Assembly (NCBI GenBank): GCA_048885925.1
Contig: JBHLLG010000003.1
Location: forward strand, 23,727-87,726
DNA from: Candidatus Hermodarchaeota archaeon
GTDB lineage: Archaea > Asgardarchaeota > Lokiarchaeia > Sigyniarchaeales > SOKP01
Direction: 5' to 3'
DNA length: 64,000 nt
The notes under the pieces are model-generated. The model ran no database searches, was not told where the DNA came from, and was given only the letters and a program-made list of their open reading frames with translations. The position numbers were made by a program, and so were the translations under genes. Positions 44,301-52,444 of this stretch are shown here, one piece after another; within the stretch, counting starts at the first letter, position 1; each line of letters opens with the position of its first letter.

Positions 44301-46713
44301 TAAAGTAGAAAAGAAGAGTGAAGCTGATACAAAAAAATTGAGCATTATTGAAGAAAAAAAAAAAGAAGAAAAAGAATTTGAAAAGCATATTTTAGAACTG
44401 GTTAATAAAGCAGAAAAACTAGAACGAGAATTTGATTCATCTCTGAAAAAAGCGATAAAAAAAGGTAAGGTAATTGAGTTAACACCATATCCAGAAATAA
44501 TTGAGATATATAAACAAATTAAAGATGAATTGGATGAGAAGGGCTGGGTAGATCAATCGCAAATTTATTTAAACCAAATAAAAATCTATCAGGAGAAATT
44601 AGACAAGCATAAAATTTTGCTTGATAAAGAATCAGAAAAAGCAGAAAAAGTAAAAGAACTTGAAGAACTGAAGAAGGCAGGTAAAAAAGAAGTTAAACCA
44701 TTCAAACCAGAAAGAATTAAAGAACTTGAAGCTGAAAAAGAGGAGGACATATTATTAGACAAAGCGATGAGTCTTATTGATGAGACAGAAAAAGAAGTTA
44801 AAAGTTATGAATTAAGCATAAGGAAAGACATTTTGATGTATGTAAGTCCTTATGAGAAAGCAATCTTTAATTATGAAGAAGCAAGAAAATTATTCCAAAA
44901 AATTGGATGGATTGATGAGGCTAATCGATTAATTAAAACTATCAAATTTTACAAGGATAAGAAAGAAAAAGATGATAAATTAAGAGAGATTGAACAAAAG
45001 AAGTTAGAGAAACCAGAAGTTGAATTAGAAGCTGTAAAGATAGAACTTGATAAGGATTTTCTTGAAAGTCAGAAAAGATTAAGAGAATTTGAAAAAAAAG
45101 AAAAAGAAGCCGATGAAAAAGCAGTTAAAGTATTGTCTTTAATTCAAAATGCTGAAAAGATGGCTCAAGAATATGAATTAAAACTAAAATCGGGAATATT
45201 TGATTATGAAGCACCATATGAAAAAATTATTGAGATTTATCGTGTTGCTCGCAAAAAATTTGAAGAAATAAATTGGAAAGAAGAATCAGCGAAATTAATA
45301 GATACAATAAATTTTTATAAAGAAAAATTAGAGCAAGATAAGAAGATACGAGCTTTGGAGCTTGAAAAAGTAAAAAAGCGGGAAAAAGAATTACTCCTTC
45401 AACAAAAATTATTAGAACAGGCACGCCAAGAACAGGAAAGATTACTGCAAAAGCGAAAAGAATCTTTACAAGTAAAAAAAGAACGTATTGCACAATTTGA
45501 GACGGAGAAAGATAAAGCATTTCGTTTAATGGATCAAGCTAAACGTGAATTAAGACTTAATAATTTTGATGAAGCTATTGATATTTATAAGGAAAGTGAA
45601 AAAATGTTTATAGATATGAAGTGGGAAGAAGGAATTATGATGGTTAGAGATTCAATTACAATGATTATTAATAAGAAAAAAGCTTATGAGCTTGAACAAA
45701 AAGCAGTAGAAGAAAGAAAAGTTGAAGAGCTTGAGTTTGAAGAAAAATTAGAAGAGAAATTAGCTGAAGCGCGCGAAGTAAGAAAAAAGCAACAAGAAGA
45801 GAAACGAAGAGAATTTTTAAAAGTTCAGAGGGAAAAAGAGCGAGAAGAAAAAATCTCAGATGAGGCATATCAACTTTTAGAAGAAGGTACAAATTTTATG
45901 GACCGTAAAAAATTCTCTGAAGCATTCGAGAAATATATGGCAGCAAGAGACTTATTTGAAGAAATAGGGTGGCAAAGAGAGGTTTCAAGAATTAATAACG
46001 AGCTCCTATTTAAACTTAAAAGAGAAGAAAAACAAGCTGAGATTCTAGAAGAAATAAAGTTGAAAAAAATTGAAGAGGAGAAAGAATTAGAATTAATAAA
46101 AGAAGAAACGAAAAAAGAACATGAAGAAATGGAAAAGAAGAGAAAAGAAGAAAAAAGAAAGCTTGTAAAGGAAGAATATGACAGAAAAATAGCTGTTCAA
46201 CTCAATAAAGCAGAAAAATTAATAGAAAGTTATAGGTATAATGAAGGGATTGTAATAATCAAAGAAGAAATCCAAAAATTAAATATACCAGAAAAGGAAT
46301 CTGAAATTAAAGAACTTCATGAAAAAATTGAAAATTTAGGAACCCTTTCTCATATTCCATTAATTACTATTGAAATATCAGGTGAAGAAATTCAAAATGC
46401 GAATTTTAAAGCAGCTTATACTGCATTAGATGAAGCTCAAATATCTATAATCAATAAAAATTACAAGAAAGCTATATCTGAGTTAAACGAAGCAAAATAT
46501 AATCTTGAAAAGGTTAAAATTGGTAAAAGATTTGTAAAAGAGATTGACGAAAAAATTGATCAATACAGAGAAAAACTTGGAAGAAAACCAAAAGAACCAG
46601 AAATTGAAGTACTCACTGACGAAGAAACTCAAAAGATTAAAGCAAGAATCATTGCTAGAAGGGAATTGAGGAGAAATAAGGTTTTAGATCTTTTAAAAAA
46701 AAGTTCAAAATAA
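41362..46713 (+). CDS. giant (1,783 aa) helical repeat protein: about 15 TPR/MIT-like modules separated by E/K-rich helical linkers
   Basis: 5.35-kb ORF (GTG 41362 or ATG 41374) with a purine-rich coding strand. The recurring module is 'AE+.AREYE.A.+KA.KKG.....PYP.II.IYK.....L...GW..........QI..Y.EKLE.D+KLREIEAEK'. Shorter modules of the form 'A..LL..A......Y..A...Y..A..LF.E.GW' sit at both ends. Confidence 0.8.
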   Translation: MLRLMEERREENFDKEFDEDEFDPTKEAFFSDMIEMEEEIASEAYELVEHAINLIESQYYNDSIEILRQAIGLYTQINREEEIKAINDKIAEIYVLKEKAFREVEIESEKAAEPVEVPEVIDKSSIFEKQEVMKEFEATEESKAIEEHKVLKDAIKIADLMINAENLLKEAQELINNNYFEEALSKYDEVETIYTELGKSSEIDNLYKLIEDCYNRKAKFLRSIKKEEIREEIDTSVKVEAQSTEDLLKEKRLKEYFENKKREEEISSKAYQLLDKAAELTTQHKYDKALEFYEKGANLFGELNWTYEVRKVQDTIFQLKIEKARYIQRLEEERMKPEKVVETKEEITAQQVTEIEEQDRIAQIEKLREIEFQKMEQEFFKAQIDNMATEAARMAREYELAMQKAIKKGELEEECIYPKVIEIYKKIRELLVDKGWNKEATIYDDTIDIYIQKFEQDKRIRQIEAEKIKKQHEAEKMLKLKKEDIEIHLSEEQIKAKEMQQQKEIEIQNVRNQLNDMSKRADRLAREYELALRKGKFELKCPYPQIINIYKKAKYMAQERGWDTDIAIFSSQIFTYKEKLEKDKKLREIEAEKARKQEEVEKAFKVKREEPKVSLDIEKLKLLEEQRKLEEEKEDFEDMVNAMINRAEKIAREYDTDMKKAIKKGRLAQNPPFLKIINIYEKVKQMFLERGRNEEAIAYGNQINFYSQKLEQDNKLREVEAKKAEREKALEEMHKVDRKVEIDDQRLKASEKKKEEEEFEKFISENVNMAEKMVRDFEIAMRKAYRKGEILETTPYSKVIDIYKNLQEKVYARGWREQSEVYINQIKIYQDKLEKHEKLLEVEVQKAQKEKGLEEMHKVEKESEADTKRLSKIERKKEEKEFEKNIAENVSIAEKMVRDHEIAMRKSYREGKILESTPYPKVIEIYKEIREKIYAKGWKEQAKVFANQIKIYQEKLDKHKNLLEIEAQKAQKQKELEEMHKVEKKSEADTKKLSIIEEKKKEEKEFEKHILELVNKAEKLEREFDSSLKKAIKKGKVIELTPYPEIIEIYKQIKDELDEKGWVDQSQIYLNQIKIYQEKLDKHKILLDKESEKAEKVKELEELKKAGKKEVKPFKPERIKELEAEKEEDILLDKAMSLIDETEKEVKSYELSIRKDILMYVSPYEKAIFNYEEARKLFQKIGWIDEANRLIKTIKFYKDKKEKDDKLREIEQKKLEKPEVELEAVKIELDKDFLESQKRLREFEKKEKEADEKAVKVLSLIQNAEKMAQEYELKLKSGIFDYEAPYEKIIEIYRVARKKFEEINWKEESAKLIDTINFYKEKLEQDKKIRALELEKVKKREKELLLQQKLLEQARQEQERLLQKRKESLQVKKERIAQFETEKDKAFRLMDQAKRELRLNNFDEAIDIYKESEKMFIDMKWEEGIMMVRDSITMIINKKKAYELEQKAVEERKVEELEFEEKLEEKLAEAREVRKKQQEEKRREFLKVQREKEREEKISDEAYQLLEEGTNFMDRKKFSEAFEKYMAARDLFEEIGWQREVSRINNELLFKLKREEKQAEILEEIKLKKIEEEKELELIKEETKKEHEEMEKKRKEEKRKLVKEEYDRKIAVQLNKAEKLIESYRYNEGIVIIKEEIQKLNIPEKESEIKELHEKIENLGTLSHIPLITIEISGEEIQNANFKAAYTALDEAQISIINKNYKKAISELNEAKYNLEKVKIGKRFVKEIDEKIDQYREKLGRKPKEPEIEVLTDEETQKIKARIIARRELRRNKVLDLLKKSSK
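43552..44660 (+). repeat. three tandem 369-372-nt coding repeats with long near-identical stretches
   Basis: 'GAAGAAATGCATAAAGT' recurs at 43552, 43921 and 44290. 'GAATTTGA' recurs at 43633, 44002 and 44374. Copies 2 and 3 share 53 of 55 nt from 43921 and 44290. Confidence 0.85.
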
Positions 46714-46760
46714 GATTCTAATTTTTGAGTTAGATTTACTTTTCAAAATAAAAAAAAGTT

Positions 46761-46991
46761 TTATATTAATAGATTTTCTTGAAGTTCACTTTCTACTTCC
46801 GATTCTATTGCGCTGGGGGCAAGATTCCGGTTTACTGATTCCTCTATCAAATATTCTGTTTTAATTAGATCTCTTATTGCTACGCGAATAGCTTCTGACC
46901 TATTAGGGAATTTTCCGTCAACTACAAGTAATTCTAAGACTTTTAAATAAGACTCAGGTAAGTTTACTGATATTAATTTCATTAAAATCAT
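46761..46991 (-). CDS. ribbon-helix-helix (CopG/NikR-type) DNA-binding protein
   Basis: 'MKLISVNLPESYLKVLELLVVDGKFPNRSEAIRVAIRDLI' is a classic RHH pattern, followed by an acidic tail. I trimmed the tracked ORF (to 47078) to the internal ATG at 46989-46991. An ATG at 46980-46982 is also possible. Confidence 0.7.
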   Translation of the reverse strand: MILMKLISVNLPESYLKVLELLVVDGKFPNRSEAIRVAIRDLIKTEYLIEESVNRNLAPSAIESEVESELQENLLI

Positions 46992-47284
46992 GAATTTATT
47001 TGATTTATTGATGAATATACATATCACCTTAGTAATATTTAAAGATTTAGTGGAAAAAGACCCCAAGAAATCCGACAAAATGTTAAAATGCCTTTATATT
47101 TTAATCTAGGGTGATTCTTCACAATTATTTAGATAAAAAGTCTTGTTTTTAAACATTTAATAGATTATTGTATTTTTATTCAATCCAAAAATTTTTATAT
47201 ATGCCTTAGATGTAACACGTAACATCGACTAAAAATAATATAATCAAAAATAAATTCATAAAAATTAAATATATGTAGCGAGGA

Positions 47285-47608
47285 ATGAATATGTCTAGTA
47301 TTGATACCCAATTAAAAGAACATCTAAAGAGTGGGGGTGATTGGGAAAAAATGGAGACTCCCGTTCCGGGTGTTTTCGTAGTTAAAGTCCCTGCAACAAA
47401 AACAAAGCCAGCACTACTATTTCTAGAGATTAATCCTTTAAAAGATGATGGTAAACCACTAAAAAAGAGAGGGTTATTTGTTGGCTCTAAAGAAATGTTA
47501 TTGAAATTTAGTGAAGCATTGAATGATGACAAGACTTTTCAGTTGATTGGAGAACTAGAGAAAATTAATCCTGAAATTAAAACAAGAGCTAAAAAATTGA
47601 AAATGTAA
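47285..47608 (+). CDS. hypothetical protein (107 aa)
   Basis: ATG preceded by GAGG. The composition is soluble and mixed (…DWEKMETPVPGVFVVKVPATKTKPALLFLEINPLKDDGKPLKKRGLFVGS…). Preferred over the overlapping antisense ORF 47206-47532, which is low-complexity. Confidence 0.5.
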   Translation: MNMSSIDTQLKEHLKSGGDWEKMETPVPGVFVVKVPATKTKPALLFLEINPLKDDGKPLKKRGLFVGSKEMLLKFSEALNDDKTFQLIGELEKINPEIKTRAKKLKM

Positions 47609-47815
47609 GGAAGAAATAAATTTTGTTATTTCTTTAAGCTATTATTTGTTTTATGATTAGTTTTCACTTATAAGAAAATATTTAATTTCTAATTTTATTA
47701 TTTATTTAATATTACTACTAAGTAAAAGTATAAAATTCAAATAGATTAAACCAATATTATAATAAAAGTTATAGAATTAAAAAAAAGTAATAAATTTAAG
47801 AGCTGAATTAGAGAA

Positions 47816-48100
47816 ATGTCTGAAGAGGATGGAGTTCATTGCATTGTTTGTGGAAAAGATCAGTTCTCTTTAGCCCACGATGAATGGATGAGAAGAGCTT
47901 TTCCTTTTGTAGAACAAGGACAACTAAAAATGTGTTCTGGTTGCGGAGCCAAATATCTTATATGTGAGAGTTGCGGAGGTCTATACTGCCGTATACACCC
48001 TGCTCTTGAAAGTTGGGAGCTTCCAGACAAATGTCCTAAGTGTGGATGGTTAAATGAAAGCGTTAGAGCTTGGGATGGAACCTCTGCTCGCCATTTTTAA
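47816..48100 (+). CDS. zinc-ribbon protein (94 aa, four CxxC pairs)
   Basis: 'CIVCG', 'CSGCG', 'CESCG' and 'CPKCG' are spaced as two rubredoxin-like knuckle pairs. Confidence 0.55.
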   Translation: MSEEDGVHCIVCGKDQFSLAHDEWMRRAFPFVEQGQLKMCSGCGAKYLICESCGGLYCRIHPALESWELPDKCPKCGWLNESVRAWDGTSARHF

Positions 48101-48282
48101 TACTTATGTTTATAAATGCTTATTTAATTTTAATTTTTTTAAAATACTATTATTTTAATTGAAAGTAGTATTAATTAACATCTCATTTGTAATTTTATAA
48201 ATTTAAGGTCAAGAAAATTTAAATTTTAAAATAGCAATAATTATTTTAATAAAAAAGTATATGAAATTGACGATGGTTTTAT

Positions 48283-48750
48283 ATGAGTTCAAATATTAAA
48301 GTCGAAGTTGCAAATCCTGAACATATAGAAAGCTTAAGAGATTTAACTAAAGAATTGGTTGAAGGATTGGGGCAAGAATTTGATCAAAAGCGATTTGACT
48401 GGGGAATTCGACGTCGTCTTTACGATCCGCTTCAACGGCATGGTATTTTAATAGCTCTTGACGAAGATTCTAATGAAGTGATTGGAATGATTATTGCAGA
48501 ACTACGGATTGATCCATTCGGCTCATCTGAAGGATATATTAAACAATTTTTTCTGAAAGAGCCATATCGTAAACAAGGTGTAGGGAGTTCTTTATTAGAA
48601 AAAGCATTAGAGCATTTGAAAAAGATAAAAGTAGAAAAAGTGAAAGTTAATATTAAAGAAAAAGCGTTAGAAGCAACTAAACTCTATGAAAAAATGAATT
48701 TCAAGAAGGTGTATGAGGTTCTAGAATTAGATTTAACAGATAAGAGCTAA
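48283..48750 (+). CDS. GNAT-family N-acetyltransferase
   Basis: Acetyl-CoA-binding motif 'YRKQGVGSSLLEKALEHLKK' (R/Q-x-x-G-x-G/A). The C-terminal 'KLYEKMNFK' is typical of GNAT. Confidence 0.8.
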   Translation: MSSNIKVEVANPEHIESLRDLTKELVEGLGQEFDQKRFDWGIRRRLYDPLQRHGILIALDEDSNEVIGMIIAELRIDPFGSSEGYIKQFFLKEPYRKQGVGSSLLEKALEHLKKIKVEKVKVNIKEKALEATKLYEKMNFKKVYEVLELDLTDKS

Positions 48751-48774
48751 AAGAATTAAAAGTAATTTGAAAAA

Positions 48775-49746
48775 ATGAGTTTAGAAACACCTTGGGTTGA
48801 AAAATATCGGCCTGAAACATTTGATGATATTGTAAGTCAGAGTATTGCGATTAATAACCTAAAAGAATTTGTAAAAACTACGGATATACCTCATCTGATT
48901 TTTACGGGTCCTGCAGGAACTGGAAAAACTAGTACCGCCTTAATAATCGCAAAAAGTTTTCTTAATGAAGAAGAATTTGATACAAACCTACTAGAATTGA
49001 ATGCTTCTGACACCGTACGGATAGATTTTGTAAGAAATGTTCTTAAGAGTTTTGTAAATCAACATTTAGTTAAAAATGGGTCTTTAAAGTTTGTGATTTT
49101 AGATGAAGCTGATAATATTCCTTCACAAGTTCAGCAAGCTCTTAGGAGAATTATTGAAAAAGCATCAACTAATATAAAGTTCATACTTTTATGTAATTAT
49201 ATTAATAGGATTATAGATCCAATAGTATCTCGATGCGCTGTATTTAGATTTGTAACTTTACCTAAAGAAAAAATAGTAGAAAGATTAAGATATATAGCAA
49301 AAAAGGAGAAATTAAAAATACCGTCTAATCAATCAGAAGAATTCTTCAGTCAATTATATTTCATTTCTGGAGGAGATTTAAGGAAAGCAATCAATAGTCT
49401 CCAAATGGCTGTTGCACTTGAACTTTTAGATAATTTAGACATTAACGAGATATTAAGAATTTCTGGATTCTTAGACAAAGAAACATTGAAAAGTTTAATT
49501 TTTTCTCTTAAGAGCAAAGATTATAGGAAATCAAGAGAAATTCTTAGTTCGATTGAAACTTTTGATAGTCGAAATTTCATAAGACAAATATCAGAGTACA
49601 TACCTTCATTAAATATTTCACCTGAAAATATTATTAGTTTAAAAGCCTTTATTGGAGATATAGATTATCGAATAAGCCAAGGTGCTGATGAACAGGTTCA
49701 GATTTCAGCTCTGTTATCGGCAATCATTGAGAATATTCAATCTTGA
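48775..49746 (+). CDS. rfcS: replication factor C small subunit
   Basis: RFC box II 'PWVEKYRPETFDDIV', Walker A 'GPAGTGKTS', Walker B 'ILDEADNI', 'SRCAVFRF' and 'GGDLRKAIN'. Confidence 0.9.
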   Translation: MSLETPWVEKYRPETFDDIVSQSIAINNLKEFVKTTDIPHLIFTGPAGTGKTSTALIIAKSFLNEEEFDTNLLELNASDTVRIDFVRNVLKSFVNQHLVKNGSLKFVILDEADNIPSQVQQALRRIIEKASTNIKFILLCNYINRIIDPIVSRCAVFRFVTLPKEKIVERLRYIAKKEKLKIPSNQSEEFFSQLYFISGGDLRKAINSLQMAVALELLDNLDINEILRISGFLDKETLKSLIFSLKSKDYRKSREILSSIETFDSRNFIRQISEYIPSLNISPENIISLKAFIGDIDYRISQGADEQVQISALLSAIIENIQS

Positions 49747-49788
49747 TTATTTATTAGAAAATTTAAAGAGAGAAAGAGATAGTTAAAT

Positions 49789-50835
49789 ATGATTGAACAA
49801 ATTCCGATTTGGCGAATTAAGTATCATCCAAAAAGTTTAGACGAAGTTTGCGGCAGAGATGAGGTAAAAGAGACTTTAAAACGTATGATTCACCAAAGAA
49901 ACTTTCCACATTTATTATTTATTGGTTCAAAAGGTATAGGAAAAACTTCAATTGCTCAATTATTCTCAAAGGAGTTTCTTGGTAATAATTATAATGCAAA
50001 TTTTAAATTAGTTTATGCTGATGTTCCTTTAAGCGAAGAAGAGAGAACTGAAGCAAGATCTGATGCATATGTTTCTACAAGTAAAATTGGAAGTATAGCA
50101 GGAAAAAGGATAACAACACCCGCGTTTATTCAGGCTAGAGTTAAACCCTTTGTACAATTGAAAGTGTTAGGAGATGCCCCATTTAAAATTCTAATTGTAA
50201 AAAATTTTGAAGCTTTAGGTGGGGATCAACAAGGCTTTAGAAGACTAATGGAAAAGTATGGCACAAATTGCAGAATGATATTGATTAGCACGAAAATTTC
50301 AAGTATCATTGATCCTATTGTTAGTAGATGCCAAATTTTCTTAATTTCTAGAATTAAGTTTAACAATTTCAACGAATTAATTAAAAAAATCGCTAAAAAG
50401 GAATCTTTAGAAATTTCTAATGAGGTAAGTGAAATTTTGTACAAAATATCTGATGGAAAAATATCTCGAGCAATTGATATTTTACAATTATGTAGTATTT
50501 CAGAAAACAAAATAGATTCTGAAAAGATTTATGAAACATCTCAATTTTTTCATAATGAACTTATACAAAGTCTTTTAATGATTGCTTTCAAAGGAGATTT
50601 CCCTAAAGCTCGAGAATTATCACGCAAAATCCTTTCTAATTATAAATTTGATCTGAGCGAGTTCTTTAAACTTTTAATCAATGAATTAAACAAATTGCCT
50701 TTAAGTAAATTTGCACGGATTAAATTAATAAATTTTATTGCAGATTCTGATTTTAGAGCAATTGATGGGAGAGATAATGATATTCAAATATCTGGTCTTT
50801 TATCAAAAATATGTTTATTTTCGGATTATATGTGA
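49789..50835 (+). CDS. replication factor C small-subunit paralog, divergent (Walker B lost, ~30-aa insertion)
   Basis: 'IWRIKYHPKSLDEVCG', Walker A 'GSKGIGKTS', 'SRCQIFL' and 'DGKISRAID' are retained. The Walker B position reads 'ILIVKNFEAL' (nt 50185-50214). An extra segment (YADVPLSEEERTEARSDAYVSTSKIGSIAGKR...) lies between Walker A and B. Confidence 0.75.
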   Translation: MIEQIPIWRIKYHPKSLDEVCGRDEVKETLKRMIHQRNFPHLLFIGSKGIGKTSIAQLFSKEFLGNNYNANFKLVYADVPLSEEERTEARSDAYVSTSKIGSIAGKRITTPAFIQARVKPFVQLKVLGDAPFKILIVKNFEALGGDQQGFRRLMEKYGTNCRMILISTKISSIIDPIVSRCQIFLISRIKFNNFNELIKKIAKKESLEISNEVSEILYKISDGKISRAIDILQLCSISENKIDSEKIYETSQFFHNELIQSLLMIAFKGDFPKARELSRKILSNYKFDLSEFFKLLINELNKLPLSKFARIKLINFIADSDFRAIDGRDNDIQISGLLSKICLFSDYM

Positions 50836-50846
50836 GGATTTAAATC

Positions 50847-52202
50847 ATGTCAAAAAAGAAAGTTGAGATTCCGTGGGTGGAGAAATATCGTCCAAAAAGT
50901 ATAAAAGACATGGCTTTACCTTCAGCACGGATGGGTGGTCAAAGGGTTAAATTAGCTGAGCAATTAATGAACTTTATTGAAAACTTTTTCCTAGAAAGAA
51001 GAAGAATTAATAAAGAAAACAGAGAGATTCGCGAATTTAATAGAACCGTTATTGAAAAAGACCAAAAAGAAGAATTGAAAATTCCCTCTGAAAAAGCAGC
51101 AATTTTATTAGAAGGACCTCCCGGGATTGGAAAAACTTCTATTGTTTATGCTCTTGCGAATGACTTAAATATGGAAGTAATAGAAACTAACGCATCAGAT
51201 ACGCGAACAAGAGCTACTTTAGAAAGAAGGTTGAAAGAAACTGTTAAATCTCGTGGAATTATGGATTATATAACAGAATCAAAAGAGAAACTTATACTTA
51301 TTGATGAAATTGATGGGATATATGGTGTTCAAGACAGAGGTGCTATTCCTACCGTAATCGATTTAATTGAGAATACTCAGTTTCCTATTATAATGTGTTC
51401 AAATGAATATAAAACAAATCTACAACCACTCTATAATAAAATATTGAGATATGAAGTTCATCCTTTAGCTAAGAAAGAAGTAATTAAAATTACACAAAAC
51501 ATTCTCAAGAAAGAAAAAATCACAAATCTGAAAGATGATGATTTGGAATTAATAATTGAAAAGAATAATGGAGATTTGAGAGGAGTGATAAATGATGTTC
51601 AAGGAATATGTCAAGGCGGAATAGAAGAAGATACTAAGGAATTGATTCTGAGTCTCCACCGTGATAATATTGAAGAAATTTTCTCATTAATTAGAGATTT
51701 GTTTAAAATATCCACATTAAGGGAAGCTCGAAACTTAACTGATAAATCTGATGTTGATTATAACTTTCTATACAAATGGATAAATGAAAATCTAGTTTTA
51801 TTCATGAAATCTAACAGAGAACTTTCTGATGCTTTTGAAAATCTTTCATTAGCAGATGAAATATTTGGAAGAATTCGTATTAACCAATATTGGGGATTAT
51901 TACCTTATTTTTTTGACCTTTTTGCAGGAGGTGTTGCATTATCACGAAAAGAGACACCTATTGCCAAGGGATTTCAAAGAGTTGTTTTTCCTCGATATTC
52001 TTCTGGAACTTATTTTTCTTTAAGTAATAATGAAAAAGAATTTATTGGGAAACTCAAAAGAAAATTTGAAATTTCTCAAGTTGATTTTATTCAAGAATTC
52101 CTTCCATTTTTAAAAATTTTATGTGGAGCTTCGCGAAAACAATTAAAATCTGTGAGTGATTGGTTAGATTTAGATGCAAAAGAAAAGAAAATATTGAAAT
52201 AA
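50847..52202 (+). CDS. rfcL: replication factor C large subunit
   Basis: 'IPWVEKYRPKSIKDM', Walker A 'GPPGIGKTS', Walker B 'LILIDEIDGI' and 'NGDLRGVIND'. The 451-aa length and its position after the small subunits fit. TGAGGAT lies upstream of the ATG. Confidence 0.85.
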   Translation: MSKKKVEIPWVEKYRPKSIKDMALPSARMGGQRVKLAEQLMNFIENFFLERRRINKENREIREFNRTVIEKDQKEELKIPSEKAAILLEGPPGIGKTSIVYALANDLNMEVIETNASDTRTRATLERRLKETVKSRGIMDYITESKEKLILIDEIDGIYGVQDRGAIPTVIDLIENTQFPIIMCSNEYKTNLQPLYNKILRYEVHPLAKKEVIKITQNILKKEKITNLKDDDLELIIEKNNGDLRGVINDVQGICQGGIEEDTKELILSLHRDNIEEIFSLIRDLFKISTLREARNLTDKSDVDYNFLYKWINENLVLFMKSNRELSDAFENLSLADEIFGRIRINQYWGLLPYFFDLFAGGVALSRKETPIAKGFQRVVFPRYSSGTYFSLSNNEKEFIGKLKRKFEISQVDFIQEFLPFLKILCGASRKQLKSVSDWLDLDAKEKKILK

Positions 52203-52444
52203 ATTTAGATCTCCAAAAGTGAGTTGATCCATAATTCAAAATAGTAATGAGATATTTAGAATGTATTAAAAAAAATTATTAGAATAATGAAATACTCAAT
52301 TATTCTTACCAATTTTCAATTATCTCTAAAAGTTTTTATTTATAGCTTTTTGTTTAATTCAATTTTGTGGATTATATTTTACCCAAAATTTTAAATTCTA
52401 ACTAATTAAGAAATAAATTAAAAAACAAAATCTAAAAAACAAAA

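Noticed and set aside
43552-44660. Whether the periodic repeats could be a CRISPR array, a satellite or an IS remnant
   Set aside because: The period is 369-372 nt and in frame. The units encode homologous protein modules. No short repeat-spacer architecture or terminal inverted repeats are present.
40849-45892. ORFs other than the giant gene in the purine-rich helical-protein region: eight S/F/L-rich antisense ORFs (for example 41292-41519, 43074-43391, 45227-45520, 45668-45892) and the alternate-frame sense-strand ORF 43637-43831
   Set aside because: The antisense ORFs are by-products of reading a GAA/AAA-rich coding strand backwards (TTC/TTT/CTT codons). All are nested in the 5.35-kb ORF or in the 131-aa ORF.
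46761-47078. The RHH protein as the antitoxin of a toxin-antitoxin pair, and the longer 105-aa version of the ORF
   Set aside because: No adjacent small toxin-like ORF (VapC, RelE, ParE and similar) lies on either side. The first 29 residues of the tracked ORF are non-homologous extension upstream of a good internal ATG. It is called a stand-alone CopG/NikR-type regulator.
28881-52202. Inteins in PolB or the RFC subunits (common in archaea)
   Set aside because: Protein lengths are normal (802, 323, 348 and 451 aa). No Hint-domain block (C/S...TH...HN-C/S/T) interrupts the motifs. The ~30-40-aa inserts in the RFC paralog and RfcL are too short.
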